In this document: positions 25,795 to 35,601 of the stretch, one piece after another
Layout of the letters: each line of letters starts with the position of its first letter
Position numbering within the stretch: the stretch's first letter is position 1
DNA from: Flavobacteriales bacterium
GTDB lineage: Bacteria > Bacteroidota > Bacteroidia > Flavobacteriales_D > Sanyastnellaceae
Length of the DNA stretch: 36,148 bases
Assembly (NCBI GenBank): GCA_049454255.1
Contig: JBMTYE010000001.1
Location: forward strand, 1 to 36,148
Reading direction: 5' to 3'
Notes under the pieces: model-generated
What the model saw: the letters and a program-made list of their open reading frames with translations, nothing else
The model's database searches: none
Told to the model about the DNA's origin: nothing
Position numbers and translations under genes: made by a program

Positions 25795-27261
25795 TTAGTT
25801 GACGTCCCACCACATTTTCGTGTCCAAATCATCAGCGCCGCCGTTCGCGGACACCCCGCCGGCATACTCTGCAGCGTTGAGGGTCTGCTCGTCGAGCGGG
25901 TACTGCAGGCGGGCCGGGATGCCGGATCCATTCAACACCCCGTCGACCGGGAGTTGCAGGATGCCGAAGTCGAGGCGGCGGTATTCTGCCCACGCTTCTG
26001 CACCCTGCATGTACAGGGCGATCCACTTTTGGGCACCGATGCGCTCCTTCCACGACCCTGGGGCCGTCGCATAGGCCACGTCCGCCCGCGCCAAATACGC
26101 GTCAGCAGCAGCGGCATCCACGCCCCAGTACGCCATGCTCAACCGGATGGCTTCCTCGTAGTGGCCGGCGGCACTCAACGGGGTTGCCCATCCCCGCTCC
26201 GCCGCTTCAGCGGCCAGGAAGTGGGTTTGGGCCGCGTCGAAATAAATGCCCGGCAAATCCGCAGCCAGCACGGTCTCGCTACGCTGGGAAACGTCGGCAT
26301 CGGGCGTGAGGGCGGCATTCGCTTCGCTCAAACCGTAGACCTCACCAACGAAGGCACCGGAGCTGGCCGCGGGGGCGTAAAACGCCGCCATCCGCGGATC
26401 CTCGTGTGCTGCGAGGTAGTCCACCATCACATTCGAAGCCGCGAAGTCGTTGCGCGTCTTCGCATCTTCGTTGATCGGGTTGTTGTTCGGAGCGCCGCCG
26501 AGGTAGGAGAACAAAGCGTTGTCAGCGTTCGCAACGATTGCGCCACCTGCAAGGGCCTGTTCAGCTGCGGTTTGGGCCACGCCTGCGTTGACATCTGCCA
26601 TCCGCATGGCGATGCGCAGCTTCAGGGAGTTGCCAAACTTCTGCCAGTGCGCCATGGAGCCCCCGTAGATTTGGTCGCCCTGCGGGCCGGCTGCTCCCAC
26701 GTCCATGGTGGACAGAGCGTCGTTCACGAGCGCGAGCAACTGGGTGTAGACCGCATCCTGGGAATCGTAGGCCGGCGTGGTGTTTTCCGCGCCTTGCAGG
26801 GCTTCCGACATCGGAATCGCGCCGAAGTTGTCCGTCAGGTGCTGGTACACCCAGGCCTGCAGGATTTTCGCAACGGCGATCTGGTTTGCGTTCGCGCCGT
26901 AACCGGCCATGTCGTCCGGACGCTCCGTGTTCAAATCGATGATTTGCTGGAGGTCCGCGAGCGGGCCAGCATACAGGTCACGCCACGTTCCGTTCGCCGT
27001 TTCGTTCCGGAACTGGTAGCGGGACTCGTTCGAATACTGGTTTGAGGCCCAGAACTGAGCGAGTTGCATGTGGCCGCGGCTTCCCCAAAACGCATCGTAC
27101 GTCTCGTCCATGATGGACTTTTGGGCCGCCGTCAGCAGGAATCCGGGCGACACGTCGGTCGGCTGGTTCGGGTCGGTATTGATTTCCTCGAAATCCTTTC
27201 GGCATCCCGAGAAGGCTAGGGCAGCGATCACGCCCGTCGCCAGAAAGATGTGCTTTTTCAT
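25795..27261 (-). CDS. susD: SusD/RagB family nutrient-binding outer-membrane lipoprotein
   Basis: The lipobox is AALAFSGC, followed by RKDFEEINTDPNQPT, which is typical of SusD-like N-termini. The protein is TPR-like, helical and W/Y-rich, 488 aa long. It lies 21 nt downstream of susC. Confidence 0.9.
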   Translation of the reverse strand: MKKHIFLATGVIAALAFSGCRKDFEEINTDPNQPTDVSPGFLLTAAQKSIMDETYDAFWGSRGHMQLAQFWASNQYSNESRYQFRNETANGTWRDLYAGPLADLQQIIDLNTERPDDMAGYGANANQIAVAKILQAWVYQHLTDNFGAIPMSEALQGAENTTPAYDSQDAVYTQLLALVNDALSTMDVGAAGPQGDQIYGGSMAHWQKFGNSLKLRIAMRMADVNAGVAQTAAEQALAGGAIVANADNALFSYLGGAPNNNPINEDAKTRNDFAASNVMVDYLAAHEDPRMAAFYAPAASSGAFVGEVYGLSEANAALTPDADVSQRSETVLAADLPGIYFDAAQTHFLAAEAAERGWATPLSAAGHYEEAIRLSMAYWGVDAAAADAYLARADVAYATAPGSWKERIGAQKWIALYMQGAEAWAEYRRLDFGILQLPVDGVLNGSGIPARLQYPLDEQTLNAAEYAGGVSANGGADDLDTKMWWDVN

Positions 27262-27282
27262 TGCTTTGCTGTGCTGGGGGGA

Positions 27283-30200
27283 TCAGAGATTGAACTTCAG
27301 GTTGACACCGATTGTCCGCTCCGCCGGGAGCTGACCGCCTTCGAAGCCTTGGATGTTCGAAACTGAAGTTGCGACTTCTGGATCGATGTGGGGAACGTTT
27401 TTGTGCAGGATGGCCAAATTCCGACCGAACACGCCCACGCTCACATTCGAGAACGGAAGGCCCTTCGTCATCGACGCAGGGAGGTTGTAGTCGAGGCGCA
27501 TTTCCCGCAGCTTGATGAACGATGCATCGTACTGGTCAGCAGCGTGGATGACATAGCCCTGGTTGTAGAAGAAGTGCGACTGCGCGTCGATGACCGACGT
27601 GTTCTGCTCGCCCGTCGAGGCGTACACCCCGTCGACGACGATGCCGTTCTCCCGGATGTCGCCTTCTGCCGTTTCAGCCAGCGTGCCCGAGTATTTGCCC
27701 CACTGGTTCGAGTAGCTGTGGAGCGATCCGCCTTTTTGGAAGTCGACCAACGCGTACAGGGTGATGTTCTTCCATGTGATGTCGGTGAACACGCCACCGG
27801 TGTAGTCCGGCAGGATGCTGCCCAGCGGCACCACCTCGTCCGTGCTCAGGTAGAAGCCGTCGTCGTCCACGAGTTTGTTGCCCGCGTCGTCGTACACGAA
27901 GTCGTAGCCGTAGAACGTTCCGAGCGGCTGGCCCGGACGTGCCTCGAGGGTGACTCCGAAGAGCGAGCTGTACCGGATGTTCTCCACCCCGTCGGCCAGC
28001 TCCAGCAACTCGTTGCGGTTCTTCGCAAAGTTGAGCCCGATGTTCCAGGTCAAATCCTCAGTGGCCACCGGCGTCGCAGCCAGCGCGATTTCAACCCCTT
28101 TGTTCGACGTCTTGCCCGCATTCAACACGGTGCTGCTGTAGCCCGATGCCGGCGACACCGGCACGTTGAAAATCAGGTCTTCCGTGGTGGCATTGTAGTA
28201 CGTTGCATCGAGGCGCACCCGGTCGTTGAAGAAGTTCACTTCCACCCCGAATTCGAGGCTGGAAGTCTTCTCCGGACGGAGGTTCGGGTTGTTTTGCGCG
28301 TTCGGAACTGTGGCCGAACCGTTGCTACCGTAATTCGGGTTGATGGCGTAGGTGATTCCTGTCTGGTAAGGGCTGGTGTCGTTGCCTACTTGCGCCCAAC
28401 CGAGACGGATCTTCCCGAAGCTAACCGCCGGCACGTCAAACACCTCGCTGAACACATAGCTCGCCGTCGCTGACGGATAGAAGTAGCTGTTGTTCTCGGC
28501 AGGCAAAGTCGAGCTCCAGTCGTTCCGGCCGGTAATGTCGAGGTAGAGGCTGCTGTTGTATCCGAAACTCACGCTTCCCAGCAACGAGTTGACCACGCGC
28601 TGGTTCTCAAAGTCAGAAACGATATACCCATCGACCCCGTTTGTAACGGTGTACAGGCCCGCAGTGTTCAAGCCGCCGAGCGTGTAGGCGCCGAGCTGAC
28701 GGTAGTTGTTCATCCGCTTGTTCACGCCGATGAAGCCTCTGATGCTCAGGGCGTCCGTCAAATCATCCTGGAAATTCAGGTACGCATCGAGGTTTGTTTC
28801 CTGCAACTGTCGGGTGTACTCGCTGTACGAGGACTCGCGCACGCCTCCCACGGCAATTCGCTCCTGGCGGCGGTCGATGTAGAAATCGGTCAGCGCGCGT
28901 CCCATCAAGCTCCAGTTGTCGTTGATCTTGTAGTTGAGGGTCGCTGTGCCAAACATCCGATCGCGTTGGTCGTTCTGCACGTTCATGTACCGCTCCCAGA
29001 ACGGGTTGTCCCAGTAGTGCGGCGACGGGTCGTCCACGCTGTTCCGGTTCCACGTGCGCTGCGTTCCGTCTGGGTTCATGTAGTTGCGAAGCCGGTCCAT
29101 ACGCAGCTGGCGCTGTCCCCACTGGGTGAATTGGCTCATAACTGACTCGCCGTACCCGGTAAGCGGACGGCCTTGGCCCTGGCTCTGCACGTAGTTCGCA
29201 CTGATGTCCGCGCGCAACCGGTCTGACACCTGCTGTGAGCCACTGAACGAGATGGTGTTCCGCTTCAACGAGGAATTCTCGTAGACGCCGGTCTGGTCGT
29301 GGTTCGTGTACGACAGGCGGAAAGAACCACCGTCCGAGGCGCCCGTTACAGCGAAGTTGTTCGTGTAGGTGACGCCTGTTTGGAAGAACTCGTCGACGTC
29401 GCTCGTTGTAGGAGACCAAGGCTCTGCAACTCCATACAGCTCATCTCCTTCGTAGTTGTACCAGCTGTCCCAGTGGCGGACCAGCGTTCCGTCGAGCTCA
29501 GGGCCCCACGATCCGTCGTAACCGTAGTCCGGAATCGGGTAGCCACCGATGGTGTCGATGAACTGCGGACCGGCGCCGCCGCCGTAGCGGTTTTGGTAGT
29601 CCGGCAGGACATACACGTTGTTGAACATCACCCCCGTATTCACGGAGACGCCGATCCCGCGACGTCCGGACGCCTGGAAGCCTTTGCCCGACTTCGTCGT
29701 GATGACGATGGCTCCGTTCGAGGCCCGCGCACCGTACAATGCCGCTGCAGCAGGACCTTTCAGCACGGACACCGACTCGATGTCGTCCGGGTTCAAGTCC
29801 TGGATGGCGTTGCCGTAATCGTATCCACCGGCATCGCGCTGCACGTTCGCTGACGCGTAGTCCGAGTTGTCCATGGGCACACCGTCCACCACGAAGAGGG
29901 GCTGGTTGCTGCCTGTGATCGAGCTCGCGCCCCGGAGCAGCACCTTCGACGAGCTGCCCATCGAGGTGCCCGAGGTGACCTGGACGCCGGCGACTTTACC
30001 GGTCAGCGAGCGAACGATGTTGTCCGCGCGGGCTTCGGTAAAGGCATCGCCGCCTAACTCTTGGACAGCATAGCCCAGGGCCTTCTTTTCCCGGGACACG
30101 CCGAGCGCGGTTACCACGACCTCATCGAGGGCAACGCCGCTCTCCATTGAGACCTGGACAGACGTCGCGCCGTTCAAGGGCAGCCGGACGTTGTTGTACC

Positions 30201-30423
30201 CGACAAAGCTGAAAATGAGCACGTCTTTCGATGCATCGGCCGCAATCGAGAACGCTCCATTTCCATCGGAAAACACGCCTTTCGTCTTGCCTTCCACAAT
30301 CACCGTCACGCCGGGAAGCGGGTCGCCAGACGCTTTGTCCTTTACCGTCCCCCGGACTTGGGCTTGTGCCCAAGAACTGAGGCCTACTGCAAAGGAGAGT
30401 AGGAACAGCAGTTTTGCTTTCAT
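27283..30423 (-). CDS. susC: SusC/RagA family TonB-linked outer-membrane protein
   Basis: It has a signal peptide and a carboxypeptidase-regulatory-like domain (VRGTVKDKASGDPLPGVTVIVEGKTKGVFSDGNGAFSI). The plug (VVVTALGVSREKKALGYAV...SSITGSNQPLFVVDGVP...DIESVSVLKGPAAAALYG) and a long barrel follow, for 1046 aa in total. Confidence 0.95.
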   Translation of the reverse strand: MKAKLLFLLSFAVGLSSWAQAQVRGTVKDKASGDPLPGVTVIVEGKTKGVFSDGNGAFSIAADASKDVLIFSFVGYNNVRLPLNGATSVQVSMESGVALDEVVVTALGVSREKKALGYAVQELGGDAFTEARADNIVRSLTGKVAGVQVTSGTSMGSSSKVLLRGASSITGSNQPLFVVDGVPMDNSDYASANVQRDAGGYDYGNAIQDLNPDDIESVSVLKGPAAAALYGARASNGAIVITTKSGKGFQASGRRGIGVSVNTGVMFNNVYVLPDYQNRYGGGAGPQFIDTIGGYPIPDYGYDGSWGPELDGTLVRHWDSWYNYEGDELYGVAEPWSPTTSDVDEFFQTGVTYTNNFAVTGASDGGSFRLSYTNHDQTGVYENSSLKRNTISFSGSQQVSDRLRADISANYVQSQGQGRPLTGYGESVMSQFTQWGQRQLRMDRLRNYMNPDGTQRTWNRNSVDDPSPHYWDNPFWERYMNVQNDQRDRMFGTATLNYKINDNWSLMGRALTDFYIDRRQERIAVGGVRESSYSEYTRQLQETNLDAYLNFQDDLTDALSIRGFIGVNKRMNNYRQLGAYTLGGLNTAGLYTVTNGVDGYIVSDFENQRVVNSLLGSVSFGYNSSLYLDITGRNDWSSTLPAENNSYFYPSATASYVFSEVFDVPAVSFGKIRLGWAQVGNDTSPYQTGITYAINPNYGSNGSATVPNAQNNPNLRPEKTSSLEFGVEVNFFNDRVRLDATYYNATTEDLIFNVPVSPASGYSSTVLNAGKTSNKGVEIALAATPVATEDLTWNIGLNFAKNRNELLELADGVENIRYSSLFGVTLEARPGQPLGTFYGYDFVYDDAGNKLVDDDGFYLSTDEVVPLGSILPDYTGGVFTDITWKNITLYALVDFQKGGSLHSYSNQWGKYSGTLAETAEGDIRENGIVVDGVYASTGEQNTSVIDAQSHFFYNQGYVIHAADQYDASFIKLREMRLDYNLPASMTKGLPFSNVSVGVFGRNLAILHKNVPHIDPEVATSVSNIQGFEGGQLPAERTIGVNLKFNL

Positions 30424-30575
30424 TGAACAAATTTTAGGTTGAAAATCAGTTGATTAGGATTTTTATTCAAAGCCAGTTCTCGCGTTAAGAACATTTAACA
30501 TCCCGCCAATATTCCGGAAACCTTTCGAGAATACCCGCTATCCTATCGGTGAGTTGTTCACCGGCCACCTGTGAA
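30424..30575 (-). promoter_or_regulatory. AT-rich susC upstream region with palindromes (promoter/operator candidates)
   Basis: It is visibly AT-richer than the flanking DNA. It contains GTTAA-N6-TTAAC at 30484-30499 and TTCCGGAA at 30512-30519. On the - strand, CTAAAATTTG lies just upstream of the ATG and is a near-match to TAnnTTTG with one extra base. Confidence 0.4.
30547..30563 (-). terminator. Weak hairpin after the histidine-kinase stop
   Basis: CGGTGA at 30547-30552 pairs with TCACCG at 30558-30563 around a 5-nt loop. No U-run follows on the - strand, so any terminator function is doubtful. Confidence 0.2.
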
Positions 30576-32039
30576 TTACGCGATCGGAAGCTGCACCTTC
30601 ACGGTGGTTCCTCGACCCTGCATGCTTTCTGCAGAAATGCGTCCACCGCACTGCGCGACTACGTTTGAGACCATGGACAACCCCAGTCCCGAGCCCCGAG
30701 AACGCGTTGAAAACCGCGGTTCAAAAATGTGGCTCAACGTCTCCTCTGCCATGCCTTCACCGTTGTCCTGGACTTCAAAAGCACATGTTCCACCCGTTAC
30801 GTGGAGCGAAATACGGATTGCGCCAGCTCGATCAGGTACCGCGGCAATCGCTTCTTCCGCGTTCGTCAAGAGGTTGTTTACCACCCGCAGCCAGTGCCGC
30901 TCGCTGCCTAATACAGCAACAGAATTGTCCGGCAAGTCTGCGGTATACCGTATCCCAGGATGAGCGGCTGCATGCAGCTCAAGCCCTGACGTCAGAGGCC
31001 AGCGCAAATCGGGCGTTCTGTCGTTCTCTGGGTCTACTGAGGCCATCAGGGTGAAGTCGTCGAGCAGGGCGGTCAAGGCGTCTATTTGGTGCGTCGCAGA
31101 CGCGGTAAAACGGCTCAATCGCTCGCCGAAATCCGGACTTTGATCGTGCCAAGCCTTTTCCACATGCTGCACGCCTAACCGCAACGGCGTCAGCGGATTC
31201 TTGACCTCATGCGCCACCTGGGCCACCATCGTCCGCCAAACGTTCTCCCGTTCCGATTGGGCTAACGCCTCCGCACTTTCTTGCCAACGGCCGTGCAACC
31301 GATTGTACTGCTCCACCAAATCCCCGATGGCATCCCGGCCACCATACTCGAGCTGCACTGGGTCCGCTCCTGGCTCCAACGAACGCATTCCATCGACGAG
31401 TTCCCGAATCGGCCGGGTCACCGTGCGGGCCAAAAGAACTGCAAGTCCTACTGTCAGCACCAACAAGGCCATGTACACAGGCGCTAACCCCTGCACAAAC
31501 CCCGCAAAGTCCTCGCCCTCATAGGCCCGTTTGTCATAGCGAAAATTCGCAATCCCCACCGGCTCACCCGACACATCCGAAAAAATCCAGAACGCTTGCA
31601 CGAATCCCCCGAAATCCACGTCCTCGCCCCATTCCCGCAACACCCCTGAGGGACCTGGACCCTGCTCAAAGATTCCCTCCATCACTTTTTCCGGAATCCG
31701 CAACCACGCTGTCGAATCCGACGGGGCCCCGGCAGTCGAACTGATGGCCAACTCACCTTCGAGCGTATACAGCGAAATGGAAACCCCATGGACATCGCTC
31801 AGTTCGCAAATGCGGTCCGAAAAGCGCGTTGCCAACGCTACCGCATCCAAGGCTCCAGCATCTCCCCCCAAGGCATATTCTAAGCTGCGCGCTACTGCAT
31901 GTTCCTTGCGCTCCAGACGCTGTTCGTTGTAGGCTCTTTCCTGCGCTGCGCTTCTCCTATAGGCCACGACGAGCGTGCACGCGAGCGCGAGCATCACTAA
32001 CGCTAGCATGGAAACCAGAATCCGAATCTGCAATCCCAT
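30576..32039 (-). CDS. Sensor histidine kinase (two TM helices, periplasmic domain, HAMP, HisKA, HATPase_c), NtrY-like H-box
   Basis: TM1 is ILVSMLALVMLALACTLVVA and TM2 is LAPVYMALLVLTVGLAVLLA. A HAMP region follows (RTVTRPIRELVDGMRSL). The H-box is VAHEVKNPLTPL, the N-box is NLLTNAEEA, G1 is DNGEGM and G2 is GSGLGLS. Confidence 0.9.
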   Translation of the reverse strand: MGLQIRILVSMLALVMLALACTLVVAYRRSAAQERAYNEQRLERKEHAVARSLEYALGGDAGALDAVALATRFSDRICELSDVHGVSISLYTLEGELAISSTAGAPSDSTAWLRIPEKVMEGIFEQGPGPSGVLREWGEDVDFGGFVQAFWIFSDVSGEPVGIANFRYDKRAYEGEDFAGFVQGLAPVYMALLVLTVGLAVLLARTVTRPIRELVDGMRSLEPGADPVQLEYGGRDAIGDLVEQYNRLHGRWQESAEALAQSERENVWRTMVAQVAHEVKNPLTPLRLGVQHVEKAWHDQSPDFGERLSRFTASATHQIDALTALLDDFTLMASVDPENDRTPDLRWPLTSGLELHAAAHPGIRYTADLPDNSVAVLGSERHWLRVVNNLLTNAEEAIAAVPDRAGAIRISLHVTGGTCAFEVQDNGEGMAEETLSHIFEPRFSTRSRGSGLGLSMVSNVVAQCGGRISAESMQGRGTTVKVQLPIA

Positions 32040-32040
32040 G

Positions 32041-32066
32041 CAGCCGAAGCTACAGCCGATCAGCCG
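32041..32066 (-). repeat. Three direct copies of CAGCCG at the atpG-stop / kinase-start junction
   Basis: Read directly on the + strand: CAGCCGA at 32041-32047, CAGCCGA at 32053-32059 and CAGCCG at 32061-32066. The significance is unknown. Confidence 0.5.
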
Positions 32067-32929
32067 TCGAGTGCCTCCGAGCCTGCCACAATCTCAAGGA
32101 TCTCCGTCGTGATTGCGGTCTGGCGGGCCTTGTTGTAGGAAATCTTCAACTCTCTGATGAGCTCCGAGGCATTGTCCGTAGCCTGGTGCATTGCCGTCAT
32201 CCGCGCACCGTGCTCTGAAGCATGGCTATCGAGCAACGCCTTGTAGAACTGGACCCGCAACGAATTCGGCACCACGCGCTCGACGATTTCCTCTTTCGAG
32301 GGTTCAAACAAGTAATCCCCTCCTGCACGCTCACCCTTCACCGGAAGCAACGGAAGGAAATCCTCTACAGTCACCTCTTGCACCGCTGCGTTCACAAAGC
32401 GGTTGTATAGGACCACCACGCGGTCAACCTCTTCTGTTGCGAAACGATGCAGAATAGCATCTGCAAGAATTCGAGCGCGGTTGAAATTCAGGTCGTCGAA
32501 TACCCTCCAGGCATCAGGGTCGAAACCTAGGGCCCGTTCGTCGTCCCTGCGCTTGTAGGCATCGAATGCTTTCTTGCCCAACGGCAAAACCTCGACCTGG
32601 GCCTCAGGATGACGTACAGTGAATGCCTTTACCGCCTTCAGGATGTTGTTGTTGAAGCCTCCACACAAACCTCGATTTGAGGTGACCGCTACGACCAGCA
32701 CCTTCCGCACCGGGCGCTGCACCGAGTAGATGCCTTCTGAAGCTTCAAGGGAAGCGCTGACATTTGCCAACACCCCTTGCAGCTTTTCTGCATAGGGCCG
32801 CATCCGGGTAATCGCATCCTGCGCACGCCGCAGTTTTGCCGCCGACACCATTTTCATGGCGGACGTGATTTGCATCGTGTTTTGAACCGATGCGATGCGC
32901 TCCCTTACCTCTTTGAGACCCCCTGCCAT
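32060..32929 (-). CDS. atpG: F0F1 ATP synthase subunit gamma
   Basis: The N-terminus is LKEVRERIASVQNTMQITSAMKMVSAAKLRRAQ. The C-terminus is YNKARQTAITTEILEIVAGSEAL. Confidence 0.95.
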   Translation of the reverse strand: MAGGLKEVRERIASVQNTMQITSAMKMVSAAKLRRAQDAITRMRPYAEKLQGVLANVSASLEASEGIYSVQRPVRKVLVVAVTSNRGLCGGFNNNILKAVKAFTVRHPEAQVEVLPLGKKAFDAYKRRDDERALGFDPDAWRVFDDLNFNRARILADAILHRFATEEVDRVVVLYNRFVNAAVQEVTVEDFLPLLPVKGERAGGDYLFEPSKEEIVERVVPNSLRVQFYKALLDSHASEHGARMTAMHQATDNASELIRELKISYNKARQTAITTEILEIVAGSEALDG

Positions 32930-32932
32930 GGC

Positions 32933-34513
32933 TTATGCGTTGTAGCGTGCAGTCATTTCTGCTGCCGCCGCTTCGAGCACATCCGTTTCCGCATCCGAAT
33001 ACTTGCCTGCCTTCAAGGCTGCTAACGTTGCTGGATGCTTCACTTTCAAGTATTGGATGAACTCGCGCTCGAATGTCCGAACCTGCGCTACTGGGACTTT
33101 CTTAAGCAAGCCACGCGTTCCGCAGTAGATGATGGCAATCTGTTCCTCTACAGGCATGGGCGAATTCTGGTCCTGCTTGAGGATTTCCACGTTCCGCTCG
33201 CCCTTGTCAAGCACCGCCTTCGTGGCTTCGTCCAGGTCCGATCCGAATTTTGCGAAGGCTTCGAGTTCGCGGTACTGCGCCTGGTCAAGCTTCAGCGTAC
33301 CGGCCACCTTCTTCATCGACTTGATTTGGGCATTTCCACCTACCCGGCTCACCGAAATACCTACGTTAATCGCCGGACGCACCCCGCTCAGGAACAAGTT
33401 CGACTCGAGGAAGATTTGACCGTCAGTGATCGAGATGACGTTCGTCGGGATGTAGGCCGACACGTCGCCAGCCTGGGTTTCGATAATGGGCAATGCCGTC
33501 AACGATCCGCCGCCCTTCACTTTGTCCTTCAGCGATTCCGGAAGGTCGTTCATGTTCTTTGCGATGCTGTCTTCCACGATGACCTTCGCCGCACGCTCCA
33601 GCAAGCGGCTGTGCAGGTAGAACACATCACCTGGGTAGGCCTCACGACCGGGGGGACGACGCAGGAGCAACGACACTTCGCGGTACGCCACAGCTTGCTT
33701 CGACAAATCGTCGTACACCACCAGTGCCGGACGACCCGTATCGCGGAAATATTCACCGATCGCAGCTCCGGTAAACGGCGCGTAGAACTGGAGCGGAGCA
33801 GGATCCGATGCCGTAGCAGCGACGATCACCGTGTACGGCAGGGCGCCGTTCTCTTCGAGGGTCTTGAGGATTCCCGCGACCGTGGAGCCTTTTTGGCCGA
33901 CGGCAACGTAGATGCAGAATACCGGCTCACCCGCCTCGTAGAATTCACGTTGGTTGATGATGGTGTCCGTTGCGACCGTCGTTTTGCCTGTTTGGCGGTC
34001 GCCGATGATGAGCTCCCGCTGGCCACGGCCGATCGGAATCATCGCGTCGATGGCTTTGATGCCCGTCTGCAGCGGCTCAGCGACCGGCTGACGGAAAATC
34101 ACACCCGGAGCCTTCCGCTCGAGCGGCATTTCGAACAGTTCCCCCTGGATGGGCCCCTTGCCATCGATGGGCTCTCCGAGCGTGTTCACCACGCGACCGA
34201 GCATGCCCTCGCCGACGCGCACGGAGGCAATGCGTCCCGAACGGCGCACCGATGCGCCTTCCTTCAGGTCGCCCGAGGGCTCAAGCAACACCGCACCCAC
34301 GTTATCTTCTTCGAGGTTCAGTGCGATACCGCGGACACCGTTCTCGAATTCAATGAGCTCTCCAGACTCCACATGCGTGAGTCCATAGATGCGGGCAATT
34401 CCATCCCCTACTTGGAGAACGGTGCCCACCTCCTCCAGTTCGGCGGCGGATTTGACCCCGGCGAGCTGTTCGCGGAGGATGGAGGAAACTTCGGCTGGAT
34501 TGATCTCTGCCAT
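32933..34513 (-). CDS. atpA: F0F1 ATP synthase subunit alpha
   Basis: The Walker A motif GDRQTGKT is present, along with other strongly conserved alpha-subunit sequence ([21 protein letters not shown]). Confidence 0.97.
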   Translation of the reverse strand: MAEINPAEVSSILREQLAGVKSAAELEEVGTVLQVGDGIARIYGLTHVESGELIEFENGVRGIALNLEEDNVGAVLLEPSGDLKEGASVRRSGRIASVRVGEGMLGRVVNTLGEPIDGKGPIQGELFEMPLERKAPGVIFRQPVAEPLQTGIKAIDAMIPIGRGQRELIIGDRQTGKTTVATDTIINQREFYEAGEPVFCIYVAVGQKGSTVAGILKTLEENGALPYTVIVAATASDPAPLQFYAPFTGAAIGEYFRDTGRPALVVYDDLSKQAVAYREVSLLLRRPPGREAYPGDVFYLHSRLLERAAKVIVEDSIAKNMNDLPESLKDKVKGGGSLTALPIIETQAGDVSAYIPTNVISITDGQIFLESNLFLSGVRPAINVGISVSRVGGNAQIKSMKKVAGTLKLDQAQYRELEAFAKFGSDLDEATKAVLDKGERNVEILKQDQNSPMPVEEQIAIIYCGTRGLLKKVPVAQVRTFEREFIQYLKVKHPATLAALKAGKYSDAETDVLEAAAAEMTARYNA

Positions 34514-34538
34514 CGTTTGGATGCGTTGTCAGTACCGG

Positions 34539-35096
34539 TTAGAACTCCGGTTCGTATTCGTTTTCAGTTAGTTCCCTTCGAATCAGGGCGAGCTGACGCT
34601 TCACAGAAGCATCTAACATGCGGTCCCCGACGTGGAGGACAAATCCGCCGAGCACCTCGGCATCGACCACTTCCGTCAATTCCACACCCCCAGGAAACTG
34701 GGAATTCAGGCGCCCCACAAGGCGGTCACGTACTTCCGGAGCGAGCGGTTGTGCCGTGCGGATCGACGCCGCATACACACCCCGCATGTCCCGAAGGAGC
34801 CGAATCGTCGCCTCGCAGATCGACCGGACCAGACCTTCACGGCCTTTGGTCAGCAAAATCTGCAAAAACGCCATCGTCAATGCATCCAGGTGATTCCCGA
34901 ACACGCGATCGATGACGTTCTTCTTCGCATCCGCTTTGATCACCGGAGAGGCAAGCATCAGCTCTAACTCCCGGCTGCCCTCAATGGCCGCAAGAATCGC
35001 ACGAACATCTCGCTCGACCTCAGCAAGCGTACCCCGCTCGGAAGCTAATCCGATGAGGGATTTGGCATAGCGGATGGAGACACGTGGAGCTGCCAT
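34539..35096 (-). CDS. atpH: F0F1 ATP synthase subunit delta (OSCP)
   Basis: The call rests on its position between atpF and atpA and on an OSCP-like sequence (RYAKSLIGLA...GGFVLHVGDRMLDASVKRQL). Confidence 0.9.
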   Translation of the reverse strand: MAAPRVSIRYAKSLIGLASERGTLAEVERDVRAILAAIEGSRELELMLASPVIKADAKKNVIDRVFGNHLDALTMAFLQILLTKGREGLVRSICEATIRLLRDMRGVYAASIRTAQPLAPEVRDRLVGRLNSQFPGGVELTEVVDAEVLGGFVLHVGDRMLDASVKRQLALIRRELTENEYEPEF

Positions 35097-35099
35097 GGA

Positions 35100-35597
35100 T
35101 CAGTTCAGCGGAGATTCCTCAATCAACCGGTCCACCAACTCAGTCTGAACCGCAGGGCGATCCAGCTGAGTGCGAAGAACCTGTTCAGCAATGTCCAACG
35201 ACAACTTCGCCACCTCGACTTTCAGGTCAGAGAGGGCGGCTTTCCGCTCCACCGCAATCGCATCGCGCGCTACCGCCACTTCGCGGTCTGCTTCGGCTTT
35301 CGCTTTCGCCCGGGCCTCTGCAACCACCGCATCGCCCATTTCCCGCGCCTCGCGCAGCATCCGGTCTCGTTCTGCACGCGCTTCCTGGAGGAGGCGCTCG
35401 TTTTCCGAATTCAGGGCGGCCATTTCCTGACGTGCCCGGTCCGCTGCCCCGAGGGCTTCAGCGATTCCTCGCTCACGTTCCTGCAGCGCACTCAAAATCG
35501 GGCCCCAAGCAAACTTGCGGAGCAACAGCAGGACCACGAGGAATGCCACCGTGGCCCAAATCACCGTCCCGAACGCGGGAGTCAGCAGCGCACCCAT
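35100..35597 (-). CDS. atpF: F0F1 ATP synthase subunit b
   Basis: It has an N-terminal TM helix (TVIWATVAFLVVLLLL) followed by a long charged helix rich in A/E/R. Confidence 0.9.
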   Translation of the reverse strand: MGALLTPAFGTVIWATVAFLVVLLLLRKFAWGPILSALQERERGIAEALGAADRARQEMAALNSENERLLQEARAERDRMLREAREMGDAVVAEARAKAKAEADREVAVARDAIAVERKAALSDLKVEVAKLSLDIAEQVLRTQLDRPAVQTELVDRLIEESPLN

Positions 35598-35601
35598 GGG
35601 A

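Noticed and set aside
33035-34915. A 626-aa ORF on the + strand, antisense to atpA and atpH. It is the longest 'extra' ORF in the window.
   Set aside because: It lies exactly opposite the strongly conserved atpA and atpH genes. Its composition is R/D/H/L-rich, with no recognisable motifs. Long antisense ORFs are expected in GC-rich genes because the reverse complements of stop codons (TTA, CTA, TCA) are rare codons.
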